Notes: a model not told the origin generated them from the sequence alone. Numbered from the stretch's first letter, positions 1-13,699 are shown. The stretch is DNA of 64,000 nucleotides from Bigelowiella natans CCMP2755 (GCA_000320545.1 ADNK01002063.1:1-64000), one strand, 5' to 3'. Program-made: numbers and translations.

Positions 1-46
<46 letters not shown>

Positions 47-98
47 GCGCGCGCATACATACGTTTATATATTTCATCTATAAATGCGTTCTCCTCAG

Positions 99-248
99 GA
101 AAGTACTATAAATCGCAAAAGATGCATCTGAAATCAGGCTTGCTACATTTTAACCAAATCAATTGGAAGCGGATTGTGTACGACGCAGGAGGTTTCTCTC
201 TAATCAGCTGTTTCCTACCACACACACACACACACACGTATACGTATG

Positions 249-287
<39 letters not shown>

Positions 288-313
288 TTGTAATGTTTAA
301 GAAATATAATATA

Positions 314-360
<47 letters not shown>

Positions 361-967
361 TTACCAGTTTTATACTTTGTGCACTATATGTATATATCAA
401 TGTATATTGAAATATTAATATATATCATATATTTAGCGTAAATTACGATGAAAAAAAATACACAGTCCGATCTCCGAAGTGACTCTCCCATTCTTTGCTC
501 TCCAGGTAATGAGCCCATTCCAGTCCCCATCTTATGGATCTCGTCGCACTACCGTTGGTACTTAACATCGAGGCCGTTATCCGATGAGGGTCGCATGTGG
601 GAGATCCTCCCCCGCCTCGCCTCGTTCTTAAAAATCGCTCTTTTCCAGAGGGAGGGGGAGAGCGACGTGGTGATAGCATCACACCACAGAGCGTGGAATC
701 GTAAGCTATCTCCACTCGGTGGGGTTCTCTTGAAGGCCATCCACGGTTTTCTTCAAATGCGCCATACTCACTTTTCTGTGATGCGGGAGAACTACCGCCC
801 CCCGCCCAAGCATCGAATACAGCTCATCGAGTAGTAGTAGTAGCAATAGTAGTAGTGGTAGTAGGAGGAATAGAGAGTGGATGAAACAATAGTGCACCGT
901 TGATGATTGATATGTGCAGAGACCGTTTTGTCAATAGGAGGAGACAGCGAAAGAGAGAGAGAGAGAT

Positions 968-1014
<47 letters not shown>

Positions 1015-1200
1015 GAGGAAAGAGGATGATGACATACGTTTTGTACTCTTGATGCCGCCAGATTCCATCCGGTAGAGCGCGTCTTATACGAGATGGTTGT
1101 AGCTGGGAAGCGACCAGGTTGGGAGAGGAAAGCCCTTCAATGCTGCCGCAATATCAAAGATGTCGACTTTGGACGTTCGGCAGGTTGTGTTGATATGCAC

Positions 1201-1246
<46 letters not shown>

Positions 1247-2331
1247 GTACATATGTTTCCTAAACATTACTTAACACAAACTTAACCTATATAATATATA
1301 TATATATATATATACAATATTTATATATATGAGATAGTTCATTTTGATATTACTAATGTTTAATACATATTATATAATACATATATTCGATCTTGGTCAC
1401 CTTTCAAGTATACTAGGAGCATGGATGCTAGCAGCAACACTCGTCGTTTGACGAAACAACGGATGCAAGCATGCATGCATGTGTTTGTCTACAATAACCA
1501 CTGCTGCCCGCTGGCTAATCAAACCTTCCAACAGACACTTCCTTTAACCCTAAACTGAAAGTCTTTGGAAGAACCCTGAGGGACTTTCTCTCTGTAATCA
1601 TCGAAACCAGAGCGGCGCTCCTCCGAGCTTCGATCGCCCCCCCCCCCTCGCAGCTTGAGATCGAGCGCGAAGTAGCGGTCATAGGACTAGACCCCGGGGG
1701 TCCCCCGGGGTTTGCAGAGAGGGTTGCTGAATGGGAGGAGAGGCAACGTCGCGCAGCACCCACACTCCAAAGATCAATGCAGCAGCGTTACGGCGTCAAG
1801 CTGGTAAGTGTCCTTGAATTCGTTATGAGCGCGGTCCGGAAGACGCAGCGCAGCCGCATCATCATCGTCGGAGATAAGAGTGGCGGGGCTCTGTACGACT
1901 GCAAGGTGCTACTGAGGAGCGCCGGGGTCGGAACTGCCCATTTTGAGGGAAACCTCCGGCATCGAACGAAGGGTGATGAGAATAATCGCTTCATACTTGC
2001 CGAACGTCAATCTTTTTCCCCGCCAGCTCGGTGGCAATCCTGATGATGGTTGTTTGGCCCTTGCCTCTCGGCAGCTTTGAGGCCGTTTAAGATGGAGGAT
2101 TGTGCAGAGGGAGACGCGCGAATATTACTGCTCACGGGAAAGGACATCGTCAGAATTTCTGGGTTATCGAAGGTCCCCCCCCCCCCCCCCCCCCTTCCCC
2201 CCTCATATGATTAGTAGTGCACATGTCATTCTGGATGGCAATGGAGAAACAGGGATGGTTTTTTCTTGTTGTCCAAGGACATCGAAATTGTAGCAGTCTC
2301 GCAGGGCAAACCCCACCGTTGTAGCATTGCT

Positions 2332-2371
<40 letters not shown>

Positions 2372-3149
2372 ATATACTATGGAAGAGTCTATGAAGTAGT
2401 CGAATCACGAAAGCCTCTGCAAAGGCTTTTGTCGGTTGTGAGGCCCATTGGCGCCTTCTGCTCTGCAGTAGATATTCCGACTACAAGATTATGCATTGCC
2501 TTGTTCCTTTTGCAATCACGGCTTCCCCCATCTCCCGCTAATAATCACCCCAACAACTCTGCCCCGTGCTCCGTTTGGTAGGTGACGCACGTCTGTATGC
2601 TTGGCCAAGTGCTGGACAAAGAGCAGTTCTTCAGGCTGGCGGAGCGGATCGAGAGAATGGTGAATGAGAGCTCGGCGAAGGAGAAAACGTGAGTTTTTGA
2701 ATCCTCAGCCGTTGATGGCCGCTAGTCGGTATTTCCCATGCAAGAGCGCGCGGGGGAGGGAGCAAAATATCTCACTGCCTTTATGTTTCTGCTGGTTCTG
2801 AAGGTGCGAGATCGTCCACTTTGTCGTGAAGGATACGATGGAGGAGGAGATCTATCGAAGGTGATGAGGAGAGACCGGCCCGTCAGAGCTATGGCAAACC
2901 TAAGAGAGTAGCAGCGACGACGACGATAACAACAGCTTTTTTTTTTTTAAGGGAAAGCAAAGACACAAAGGGTGCACGCAATGACGATGAGATCACCGTG
3001 TTGAAGGACAAATTAGTCATTATTCTTATTGATGATGATGACGGTGATGATGGTGGTGGTGTACGTGCTATTGCAGAAACGTGGAGAGCTTACAGGCAGC
3101 GAGGCCTCAGCGAAAGGAAATCGAGCAATGTGCATTAGCAATGTCATAG
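99..3149 (+). CDS. SNF2-family (RAD5/RAD16/SHPRH-like) helicase-domain protein, 3' part, with degenerate motifs; 5' end lies outside the window
   Basis: Hand-spliced GT-AG exons give INWKRIVYDAGG (Walker B region), SSHYRWYLTSRP (motif III region), FLQMRHTH..PPPK, FHPVERVLY, YGVKLVSVL..RIIIV, RILLLT, VTHVCML..RLAERIERM and CEIVHFVVKDTMEEEIY. This is the order of SNF2 ATPase and HELICc motifs. Stop TAG at 3147-3149. Confidence 0.75.
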
Positions 3150-3554
3150 TTTAGTCACATATCTGTATTGAAAACTTTAATGAGCGATACGACATGCAAC
3201 GCATATGCATGATGACCAGATGTAGAAGATGTCATTATATCCATTCTGGCATTGAGTGTGACGACGCGTGCGTGATATTACACATCTTAGCCCTCTTATC
3301 TGGCAGCTACTTGCTAGCTTGCTGCATAATTACACATGCATTGAAAACACATATGCAGATTCAAAGGCCATGACCCATCCTTATGCGGTCATCAAGATCG
3401 CATGCACCATAAACTGTTGCAAATTAGATTGGTTGTGGAACAGCGCAAGCATGCACACAACACACATCTGACGTTATTGCATGGGACATAATTCTATAGA
3501 GTTGCTGCAGCGCAATGATGTGTGGCAATCGCGCATACAAAGGTAGAAGGATTG

Positions 3555-4209
3555 CTATCTAGCTATGAAGCAGCACTTCAGATGAGCTAGAGAAGAGCGG
3601 CTACGATGATACGGCATTTTTGACTTTTTCAGAAGAAAAAAACAAAGCTTAAGTCTCGCAAGTCCAAAAGCCTTTTTCAATTGCATGAAGTTGGATTTAA
3701 TGATGGCTAATGACGTTGCAACGGTGATGAATGGTCTAAACAGCATGTCGCCTCGTATATCCCTTTGTTGTTCGGTGATCGTACAATCGATAGCGCAAAA
3801 TCTCGCATAAGCAATCGAGACTAGGTTGGCCTTAGGATGATCATAGTCGCTGATCTCTTTCACCTGCTTCACCGACTCGTAGAAGGAGCATGCTTGTAAA
3901 AACTTCGCACCTTAATGCCCGAAAGCAAGGCCTCTCTTTCAGATAATGGCAAAATAAAGCATTGAGCGAAGCGATTCACCCGCTATTCCGGCCTCGAAAC
4001 GCGGTTTCTCCTTACAAAGCTCGTAATACCCACGCTTCACGCTTTAGTTTTTGGCTTCGACTACCTCACCGAACAGCCTCCTGATGTGCTTTCTGGAACT
4101 GCTTCTAAGGGCAGGTACCTAGAGCGACGAAATATCATAACCAGCGCAATCAAATACATCTATCATCTACGACCAAGGAAGGGGACTAGAATCCCCCATC
4201 AAATGCTTC

Positions 4210-4240
<31 letters not shown>

Positions 4241-5445
4241 TGTGCGAGCCGATCTCTCTCCATATTGGTCCTAAAACGAGTCATGAAGCTAGTAGTGGGA
4301 TAAAGCAGCGATAACTAACAATGCAGCATTACTTCATAATAATACTAATCTTTGTAATGATCTACACTGCGTAACCTGTTGTTTGAGACCATGGAGGGAG
4401 GTGAAGCTTTCGCCAACCTCGTGATCACCCCCCGTTTGTCGTATACCTCGCCAACCGGTATGAGCCATCCCCCCCCGCGCACCATCCTCTTTATCATCGT
4501 TGATTTGGAAGCGAAGAGCCCGCAGCTGCATTGCCTTTGAAGACGAATGCGCCAAGATATCCTTCGGCGTGATAGCTGCTGATGGCGACGAGGACGGGGG
4601 AGGGGGCAGCGTTGAATGCGACGGCATCGCTGCTGTAGTAATTGTCTTTAGATTTGAAGACGCGATAGCCTTTGGCGACGATTCTTCGGCATGGCACTGC
4701 TCTCCTTGCTGTACTGATGAGAAAAGCGCTGCGTTTGATAGATTACTCATTTCCGATGGGGCTGATGATGGCGACTGCTGCTGGATGTGCCTCTCCCGGT
4801 GTACGCTGTTGGCCCTTCCCTTTTTGGTCCTACCCTTCACGCCCTGAAGACAACCGAAGTCAACCCCCCCCCCCCACCCCCCCCCCGCAAGAAGCAACGA
4901 ATATTGAACAGGCTCAGCGAAGAGGCACGAGGAGGGTGGTGGGTGGTGATAACAATGGCGTTGTGGTTGTGTCACGCCTCTCTCCGGAAAAAGATGATGA
5001 TGGTGATGATGATGATGATGGTGATGATGATGACGATGATGGATACGGAAATGTAGAGAATATAAAGTCAAAACGACGAGTCCATCGAGGTCACGAGAGG
5101 ATAATTATGGCATAATTGCTCGGAACGGACAAATTCGGTGTCTACTCTATCACAGGGGTTGGGGGCACGATTTTGAATGTAATGATGCGTTTATCAGCAG
5201 CGGTCTCTCACATAGTATTGGATCTTTGCCTCTAACGGATTTCGCCCTTGAAACATCTGCGAGCCGTGCTTGACGACGTCCTGATGGGGGAGCAGTGAAT
5301 GTTCCTTAGCATGCCAACAATGATACACGTGTATACGCGGCATCGTATTATCGCAGTCTAGAGCTCATTCTCCAACACCATCAAAACCCATCGTCATCAT
5401 CATTCAACCTGGAAATGAGTCTATGAAATATACACACACATATGT

Positions 5446-5522
<77 letters not shown>

Positions 5523-5960
5523 TGCTTGTATTATTCACAAACCTTCCAGACGATATGTCCCTTCTCATTCCTACACTGTTCTGCTATTTGTACGAGAGCA
5601 ACCCTCTCTTGCTCTGTCCACTCGCTTTCCGATGGATGTATACATGTAGCAAAAACGCCCGGATCCAAAGATACGGAACGCGGGAGAGAGGAGGAACCAA
5701 AAACAGCAACATAGGCAGATCACTACATGCGAAAATTACAACTTGAAAAAGAGCTGGAAAGAGCGTTTTCGCACTACAACGCTAAAATAGGCCACAGTTA
5801 TCGGAAAGCGACACTTAAAAAATATGAAAGGAAGATCGATTTTGGCACAGTAGTTGGAAGGGAGGAGTGTTGGGTAAAAGATGCGTGGCTGTTCTCTTTA
5901 CCGGGTCTTTTTAGATTTCCAGTACTTCCACCGAAGCTGCAATTCCTTTAATGCACGCAA

Positions 5961-6008
<48 letters not shown>

Positions 6009-6846
6009 TACGCGCATATACTTAATTCCAGCGTATTTGAGCATATATGCTTGGGCTTGGGAGAGCTTTCCTCTTTCACATCATGGCCATAATTGTCGCC
6101 ATCGTCATCATCATCATCATCATCATCATCATCACAAACGAATCAGTGTATGCGTGTACTACTCTGCTGTCCCTGTCGTACAGCTGCTGCACAGATTGAG
6201 CCAGCTCGCGCCATTTGATGGTCTCTCGCCGACCTTCCGTCTTGACGAACCGCCTCACGTTGTTCAGAAGAGCGCTACGGAGGCAGAACATCGTGGATAC
6301 GATTGGTGTAAGAGTAGTCAGAAACATAGTAAATTGCCATCCTCCTTCAAATCACCGAAGCGCCGCTAATACTCGTCTTTCGGAAAGCAAAGACACAAAC
6401 ACACATGCACATACGTACACCCCGTTTCCACACTCCCGTTGAATGATCAGGCACTCGTACCCTGCCATTGACATTATTACCTGTCTTCGTCGTAAGTCCA
6501 AGGCCTTGAGGCCTTTCCGCGTATTGTACGCAATCGCTCGGATAACTGCTTGTTGGTAAATCGAGAGAACTCTGGAAATGCCTGATTACCGTTCGGTACA
6601 ATCAGCACCACAACGATGCCTAAATATACGTGCATGACTGGCGGGAACCTTTTTTACTTTCTCCCAAGACACACGCCGCAGCGTCGTAGAGGCGGCTCGA
6701 TAATTATCATCCTCGGAGACTGAGGCAAGCTGTGCGTCCAGCTCCTTGCTGAATGACGCAAAATATCTGCACGGAAACATGCCATCGCCTCTGCGGCCGC
6801 GCAATGCGCGGCCGCACAGAACACCCCACCTCCTCGCGAAAATCAT
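3555..6846 (-). CDS. Myb/SANT-like DNA-binding protein with three divergent tandem repeats and a low-complexity C-terminal region
   Basis: Phase-consistent exons give R1 FSKELDAQL..VSWEKVKKAFPEFSRFTNKQLSERL, R2 PWTYDEDSALLNNVRRF..IKWRELA..RDSRVLRWKYW and R3 EWTEQERVALVQIAEQ..IVWKDVV..FQGRNPLEAKIQYY. Then a Ser/Pro-rich exon (4845-4376) and two terminal exons ending at TAG 3555. Start codon uncertain. Confidence 0.7.
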
Positions 6847-8157
6847 CGTTGGAGAAGAAAAGGCGATGATCGGGGCGTTCCCGCCATGTCGATCGGCTCG
6901 ATCCAGCCTTGTCCGACCATGATCTCTGGAGAATCTCCGGGTATTTATGCCAACAAATAATCGCCTAAAACTTTCGAAAATTTTGGGCTTTGATTCTTCA
7001 TCTTCGACAAGAACAAGTTCATGTCGAGGGGACGGTTTTCGCACGGATATTCTCCGCTGGGAAACAGAATTTGGATGAGAATGGCATTGAAAACGGATGT
7101 GCGACAAGGAAATATTCCCGCTAATACTAGAATATTTTGTTCATGACATCCGCTGTGCTGCCATTGGAGCACGAGCAGTCTCCATGCCGGGGGAGGTAAC
7201 GATGGTGAAACGTGCTTTTCAAAGCTGTCGCGGGGTTGACATCTCTGTGACAATAATTCAATAACCCCTATGGTCTATGATCATGACTCGAGATTCGGAA
7301 CTCGCAGTTGGGATCGCGTCATGACGATGCTCCTAATCGACTTGCTGCCAAATTGCATCTGCGTGTGCACACTTTTCCCTGCTAAATGCTAGAATGTCAT
7401 TGGTTTTCCATCCTCATGGTACTACACTCCCAAATAATCCGCGGAGTTGAGTTGGCAATGGAAGAGAAGAGGCAGCAGTTGAATATTGCTGGTCCAAAAG
7501 TTGAGCTTCAGCAAAAATCTACTCGAACAACTTCCCATCATGCACACGGGGAGTTCAAAACTGTGAGCGCGCAGCCAAGAACAGAAGAGCTGGAAGAGCT
7601 AAAAATCAAGCCTTCGGATGTATCCTCAGTTGACGCCAAGCTGTTTTTGCAGTCTAGTAAGAGACAATGTATACATATGTATACACACACATGCATGTGT
7701 ACATGTGTGTACAAATGCATGTCTCTAGCTAGCTAGCTTCTTATAGCATCGCGCGCACGCAGCAAGGCTCATTTGCAGCCAATCCCATGTTGAACAAGCT
7801 TTGGCGGAATCTCTACTTGCCAATCTTCGGAGCATTAGTGCGAAAGGAGCGCGCTTCATGTCAATTGAAAACCATAGACAATGAGAACAATGTTGCTACA
7901 TTGCACGCAACGCCCAGCTTCCTCTGCGCTTACCGATTTGCATGCTGCACAGCCATTCTTCGATTCTGCACACGCCGGCGTGCCAAACAAAGGAACTGTA
8001 TAGAAGTTAATCATGGTTGTTTGCAAACAAACGTGCACCCATGCACGGACACATAACCACAGTACACATGGTACACATTGCGCATGCAGCACGCCAGCAT
8101 GCATGCGTGAAACTACGTCTAGTACGTTGTGTCTTTATTGCCATACCTGTACATTTA

Positions 8158-8492
8158 CTATGTGGAACGATTTCGAAAGACAAGGATTGCTATTGGCAGT
8201 GTGTCTGATGCCGCATATGCGAATGGTTTGACAATGATTGAAGAGTTCGTGTTTCTCCCGCTACGAATCCCTGGTGCACTGGGCATCGTCCAGCCATTTT
8301 TAGATCTCTCGGTGTCACCGAGGAGCGTCCGGCACCACAACACCGTGCGCAGACCTGTCGGATCCGATTTAGCATAGCCAAGCGCAATCTTAAGCTGCGG
8401 AGTAAGGTAGATACCTAATGGCCACAAAAACAACAACACACGCACACGGCATACATATATTTACTGGTGCGCAATGATATACAGACACACGT

Positions 8493-8531
<39 letters not shown>

Positions 8532-8992
8532 TGAAGAAGTCGACACGTGATTGATAAAGATAGAATCTTATTCGAGTTCACCCCCACGACTCACCATGGC
8601 CGAACGCCCTTCCGTGTAAAGGGGCAGTGTTATGGAAACCCATTTCACCACCGATTGACATTGCCACCCCTGTGGCGCAGCCATGGTACAGCATCTTCTC
8701 GTCGGTATTCAATCCTTTGGTTTTCAACTCCGTTTTTAGCAGGTCTAAGCGCTCATTGGCCGTGTCCTTGTTCTTGAACCTCCACACCCCCACCAATTCG
8801 ACGTTAACCATCGCATTCGATCTGTGCTCATTATCGTCCTCGTCCCAATCGCCTTCTTTTAGCCCAAGTCTTTCTGCTATCTGGGATCTTGTCAAAGGGA
8901 CCTTCGGTTGCCTCTCCACATCCTCAATGGGCTTTTTAGTATCCTTCGTGGTCGCGGGGGAGGGGGTGATTGCGGTCAAACCCTAAGAAATA

Positions 8993-9029
<37 letters not shown>

Positions 9030-10841
9030 TGTTTGCACGTTTGATAGAGTGCACATGTATAGGGAGTCAGGGTGGAAGAAGGCCTTAAGTTTTGCTTATC
9101 TACTGCAAAACGCACAAGCGTGCTTAATGAGAAAATCAATAATGTAATCTCAGAAGACCTGGCGCTTGGCTTGCATGATCTGACGGTGCTTCATACGAAC
9201 AATCATCACACGATCCTAAGCAAAAGTCTCTTGTTGAATGAGAGAACCCAATTTTATCGAAACCTTTTCTTCCATCAATGAGGCGCACGTACAGGTCGCA
9301 GGTGTACACAAGAAGCTATAACGTATCCTCACCTTGTTTTTGGCAGAAGCAAACCTTACTTTCCAACGCGTTAACTTCACTTTTACTAATGCGTCCCCCT
9401 TCTGTTTGGGACTCACAACTTCATCACCAGGAACTTTGGTTGTGAGCAAAGATGGCAATCGTTGCATCGGGCTCGGCGCGCCGCATGCTCTGCAAGCAGA
9501 TGATGTTCCTAGGTTGATCAGCGTGCACTGGGCGCAACTCCATTGCTGCTGCTGCTGCTGCTGTGGCTGTGCTGTGGTACCCCTAACCTGCGAACCAAGC
9601 CTCCTCTGCTCCCTTTCGATTGTTTTCCTTTTCCTTTCTTCAATTCTCTCTGCGGCTCGAATCGCTTGCTGAGCCTTCCTCTCTTGCTGCTTTTGGATCC
9701 TTTTCCTTTCCGCTTCCTCCTTCCTTCTACGCAGCATTGCCTGCCGAGCCTCCCTTTTAGCGGCCTTCTCTCTATCTCTTTCGACTCGTATCTGAAAATG
9801 GTCACGAGTGTATATTGTGTGCATTTAATAATTATTCCACGGCCAATAATTAAATGCATTAAAATAGAGGCTTTATGCTACCACATCTGTCATCCTGATC
9901 ATACATCATCATACATCATCATCATCATCATCATCATCACCATCTTCATCACCATTGCTACCACCGTTACCATCAACCTCGCAAACGTCTCTCTTTCTTC
10001 CTTCTCATTCAATATCTACCCATCCATGTATGCACCGTTGCATAACCCACCATATCCCGGACAGCATCATCTACAGCCCGCGAGCGGCGATTGTCTCGTT
10101 TGCGCAACTCTCCTTCCCACAAACTATTGTAGTTGCTATTGAAGTTGTCGGGCCCTTCACCAATGAAATATTCGAGCATCTGTGTTACGTCTTCTCGCGT
10201 ATGAGGGCCTCGGGTAGTCTTCAGCATGACTTCCTCCCGGAAGTCGTGATCGTTGACGTTGCGCCGCCTAAAGGTTGCCCAATTTCGGCACGATCGATAG
10301 ATATTTTGGATCGACCTCAGCAGCCGTATTTTGCTTTGAAACTCGCCGCCTTGTGGGTATTGGTTCTTGAATGGCACCGTGAATGGCACTGTGGGGGATC
10401 CCTAAAGAGATGGGTGGGGGAGGGCAAGGGTGGAAGAGTGGAGTGACAGGGAGAGCTCAACAATTTAGCCTCTTCTCACAATGCAATCATGCTTCATTCA
10501 CGAACCTGGCGGGCAAGTATCCTGGCAATAGGCTCCTTTTTGCATTGCTCCAGGGGCTTGTGAATGCGTTGTGAGAGATGATAACAAGGTTTACACATCT
10601 TGTAGACCGTGCGCTTATTCGGTATCTCGTGGGCGCCGTGTGGAAGTTTTCCCTGAGACCTGCTGCAGGCGTGACAAAAGATCTTACCACAGAGCCTACA
10701 ATGATGCCGCCGGATGAAGAAGTTGAACTTCGAATCACAACGCCTGCATCGAAGTGCAGATGAATCAGGCTCCCATAGTTCCCGCGAGAGGCGACGATGA
10801 ACCTCCTGGGCCATGATAGCTGATGTTGGCAATGGTTCCAT
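8158..10841 (-). CDS. FYVE + coiled-coil + RanBP2-type zinc finger + PARP-like (mono) ADP-ribosyltransferase
   Basis: FYVE: WEPD..C..C..FNFFIRRHHCRLCGKIFC..C..CKPC. RanBP2 finger: WSCAQCTLINLGTSSACRAC. ART domain: MLYHGC..GFH..GRAFGHG|GIYLT..ALGY..RTLLG..SSIIV..PIAILVF*. The splice junctions that were checked keep one reading frame. Confidence 0.85.
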
Positions 10842-11553
10842 ATTGGTTGAGCTGCGGTCCCCGTCACCACAAAGATACAAGATTCTTCATCATTACTTTT
10901 TAGGGTTGGCTTGGGGCATATCGAGCCGATGGCGTTACATGTACTGGGTTCTAACAATTTTGACGAGTCTCAAACAGAGGCCAATTTCCCCGTAAGACAT
11001 TTGAAATTTTTTTGTCGGAACTTTCTGTTCGGCGCTGTGCAAAATCACACACAGAGAAAAACGAAGAAAACGGAAAACAACAAAAAACGGATGGATTTTG
11101 CCCCCATTTGACCCAAAGGATGATGATTCACTCCCCTAACATCCACAAGAAACGCTCCCGGAAACGCTCTCTGAAAGAACGATGCAGGTTTGTTTGAACA
11201 GATAGGTCTACCAGCAGGCACAGCGCAGTACACTAGTACATGCTACACATTTCGTGCGCAAAAATGCGATGTGTTCGTTGTGTCCGCACGTTCTTTATTG
11301 TCATCGCGCATGCCATGGCACATGCCCATGCAGTCTTGCAATGTGCACGCATGCATGCGCTGCACTGCAACCGCTGTCTAGCTCTAGAGCTCTAGAGCTG
11401 TCTAGCTGTGAATTTCGTTGTGATCGTTGCCTGCGAATGACTTCGGACAAAATGTGCAATGCGTGTGATGTCTGTTGCTTTGTCACAGATTGGGGATGCA
11501 TGCAGCTAGAGTGTGTCGAAGCCCTAGCTGACTCTGGTCATCTCAATCGAGTC

Positions 11554-11705
11554 TGCAACTGAAAATTGGAATGCTGAGACGAAGGAGAATCATTGGATGG
11601 GCGCACAGCAGCAAAGTCATCGAGCTGGACGATGATTCGACGGAACGCCCTGTCAATTTCTTTGTCTGTCTAAGACTCATGCACACCAGATCTTGCCCCA
11701 GAGCA
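11554..11705 (+). repeat. Dispersed repeat fragment homologous to 59886-60075 (opposite strand)
   Basis: Shared blocks TGCAACTGAAA, ATTGGAT.GGCG.ACAGCAGCAAA, TTCGACGGAA..CCTGTC.ATTTCTTTGTC and ACACCAG.TCT.GCCCC. Confidence 0.8.
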
Positions 11706-12014
11706 TCCTTCTGGATCTGCATGCACATGTGCCGTATGCGCGCAACGAGTAGGTATAGAGTTTTTCACATTTTTAACAATGCGATGCGACACACATATGT
11801 GGCACTTAATGAATTTGAGAGCAACGAATGCTGATACAAACTGCTCAATGTAATATATGCTCTACGTTGTTACATCAAGACATCAAATCTTGATAATAAA
11901 TCGGGAAAGCACGAAAGTTCCAAGCCTAAATAAACAACATGTTGCATCTGACGCAACGTAATTGACGAATCCGCGCAGACAGGAAATCTGCCTCGAAAAT
12001 ACGAAACCAGCTAC

Positions 12015-13392
12015 CTAGAAGCTCTTCATGCTAAAGGCAATTACATCCTCGTCATTAGATGTCACAGAGTGTGGTGGGAAGCGCTCCGTCCGCCATAATT
12101 GTTCATGAATCTCATCGCCTTTAGATCCCTCTTCCAGGCCTACTGCCCCATCTTCTTTTTGCTCCAGCCCTGGACCGTTCCACAGAGCGGCTAGTTTCGA
12201 GTCCCTCTTCAAAACCCCGCTCAGATACATCTTGAAGGTAATGCGCTCCTTGCCCCCAGACAGCACCCGAACAATGTGCGCGAGATCTGGTGCTTGAATG
12301 CGGCAGCGAGGCTTACGGCAGCAGCTACTCCAACAGCTGGGGTCACTCTCCAGGGGGTAGCTCGGAAGATCCATTTGCCTGCACACTGCAGCAAGAGTCG
12401 CGGCTGTGATGAAATCGCCCCCCCCCCCCGCCAGCAAGGCGAACCCATTCTCCACATCGGCTTTGCTCTCGCCCACGCTCAGGAGCTTTCGGGTCAGCTC
12501 CGCGGTAGGAAGCGCCTCCGTGCCGCTGCTTTTTCCTTCGAGCTCCTGCAAACGCCCCCGCGAAATCCTTGCCCCTGCCGCCCAGGCCGTGCGCTCTATC
12601 TGGAGGAGAGTCACTCGGCGCGTATTCTCCACATCGATCATGCCAAGCGCCCTCCTCACATCGGCCTCGGCGACTTTGTATTGGGAGAGGGGGGTGGTGA
12701 AGTAGCTGACGGGGGTAGAGCAGTTGTTCTCTTCCTCGCTGCTAGAGAGCTGCTGCGGCGTCGGCCCAACGGCTTCACCTGCGGTAATTATGCCCTCCAC
12801 GGTCATGGGGCTAGGGTGTTTCCGATGCCGAGGCGAAGATGGGCGGCTGCTATGTGGGGGGAGGTTGAGCTTGGTCTGGTTTCTCCGTCTTTTGATCTTT
12901 TCTCTCAGCGACCACGACGCCGATCTTGCGCGGGGCAGATCGAAGGGAGAGGGGGCACGTCGAGAGGACGCTGGCCTTGGCAAGCTGAAGGGAGAGGGGG
13001 GTCGGCGAGAAGGGATGGCGGTTCGGATTGCGTTTGCTCTTATGGTGCTAAGTGTTTCTGTCCCCTCTGAGCTCTTATCATCACGGCGGGACCTTGGCGA
13101 AGGGGTGAAATACAAACGCTCTCTGCTTACTGTACGAGCGCGGCGTCCTTGCAGCGGCTGTCGTTGAGCTCGCAAGGGCGGCCTCAGGGGATCGCTCTCT
13201 GATGGTTGCGTAGCGCGGAAACATGTTAGAAGGACGTCACTGCATTTGCTGGGCAGTTTCTCGTACATATTCGTGGTGTGTGCATGGAAAGACGCGCGCA
13301 AGGTAAACGACAACCTTTGTTTCCATCCTCCTCACCGCACGTAGAGAGTAGAAGCGGTGTAGTGAGGTCGTCCTTAACGGTTTCACCATCAT
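12015..13392 (-). CDS. Arg/Ser/Pro-rich protein with a degenerate calmodulin/centrin-like four-EF-hand C-terminal domain
   Basis: Long 432-codon ORF at 12015-13313. Segments ADVRRALGMIDVENTRRVT, ADVENGFALLAGGGGDFITAATL and DLAHIVRVLSGGKERITF follow EF-hand helix-loop-helix spacing but lack most acidic ligands. Putative short first exon from ATG at 13392. Confidence 0.55.
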
Positions 13393-13699
13393 ATTGAGGC
13401 CGCTGCTGAGTGCGATTTGAAGGGAAATAGCACGTCAGAAGAGCAGCAGAAAAACGGGACTAGCCAGGGTGCGCTCTGCTATTTTGCGAGGTGACTTTTT
13501 TAAGTTCATTTCAATTTTTTTTCAAAAAATATTTCGTTTCCATATCCGGTCTGCTAGGAGATTGGGGGAACTATTGTTAATACTTTCGTATCACACCTGC
13601 TTTCCTTCCCCTTCTCCTCCTCCTCCTCGCTCCCCGTCCCGCCCCTGTGCTGCAACGGCAGCATCTGGCGAGTTGGCGTCTACTTTGAGGTCCTGTATC

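Noticed and set aside
122-418. ORFs with YIYIYI, CVCVCV, ERERER, HHHH or MMMM runs (here and throughout)
   Set aside because: They are translations of intronic microsatellites.
7440-7660. Protein-like segment MEEKRQQLNIAGPKVELQQK..
   Set aside because: Isolated in a spacer with no linkable exons or motif. It may be a relic, but cannot be supported.
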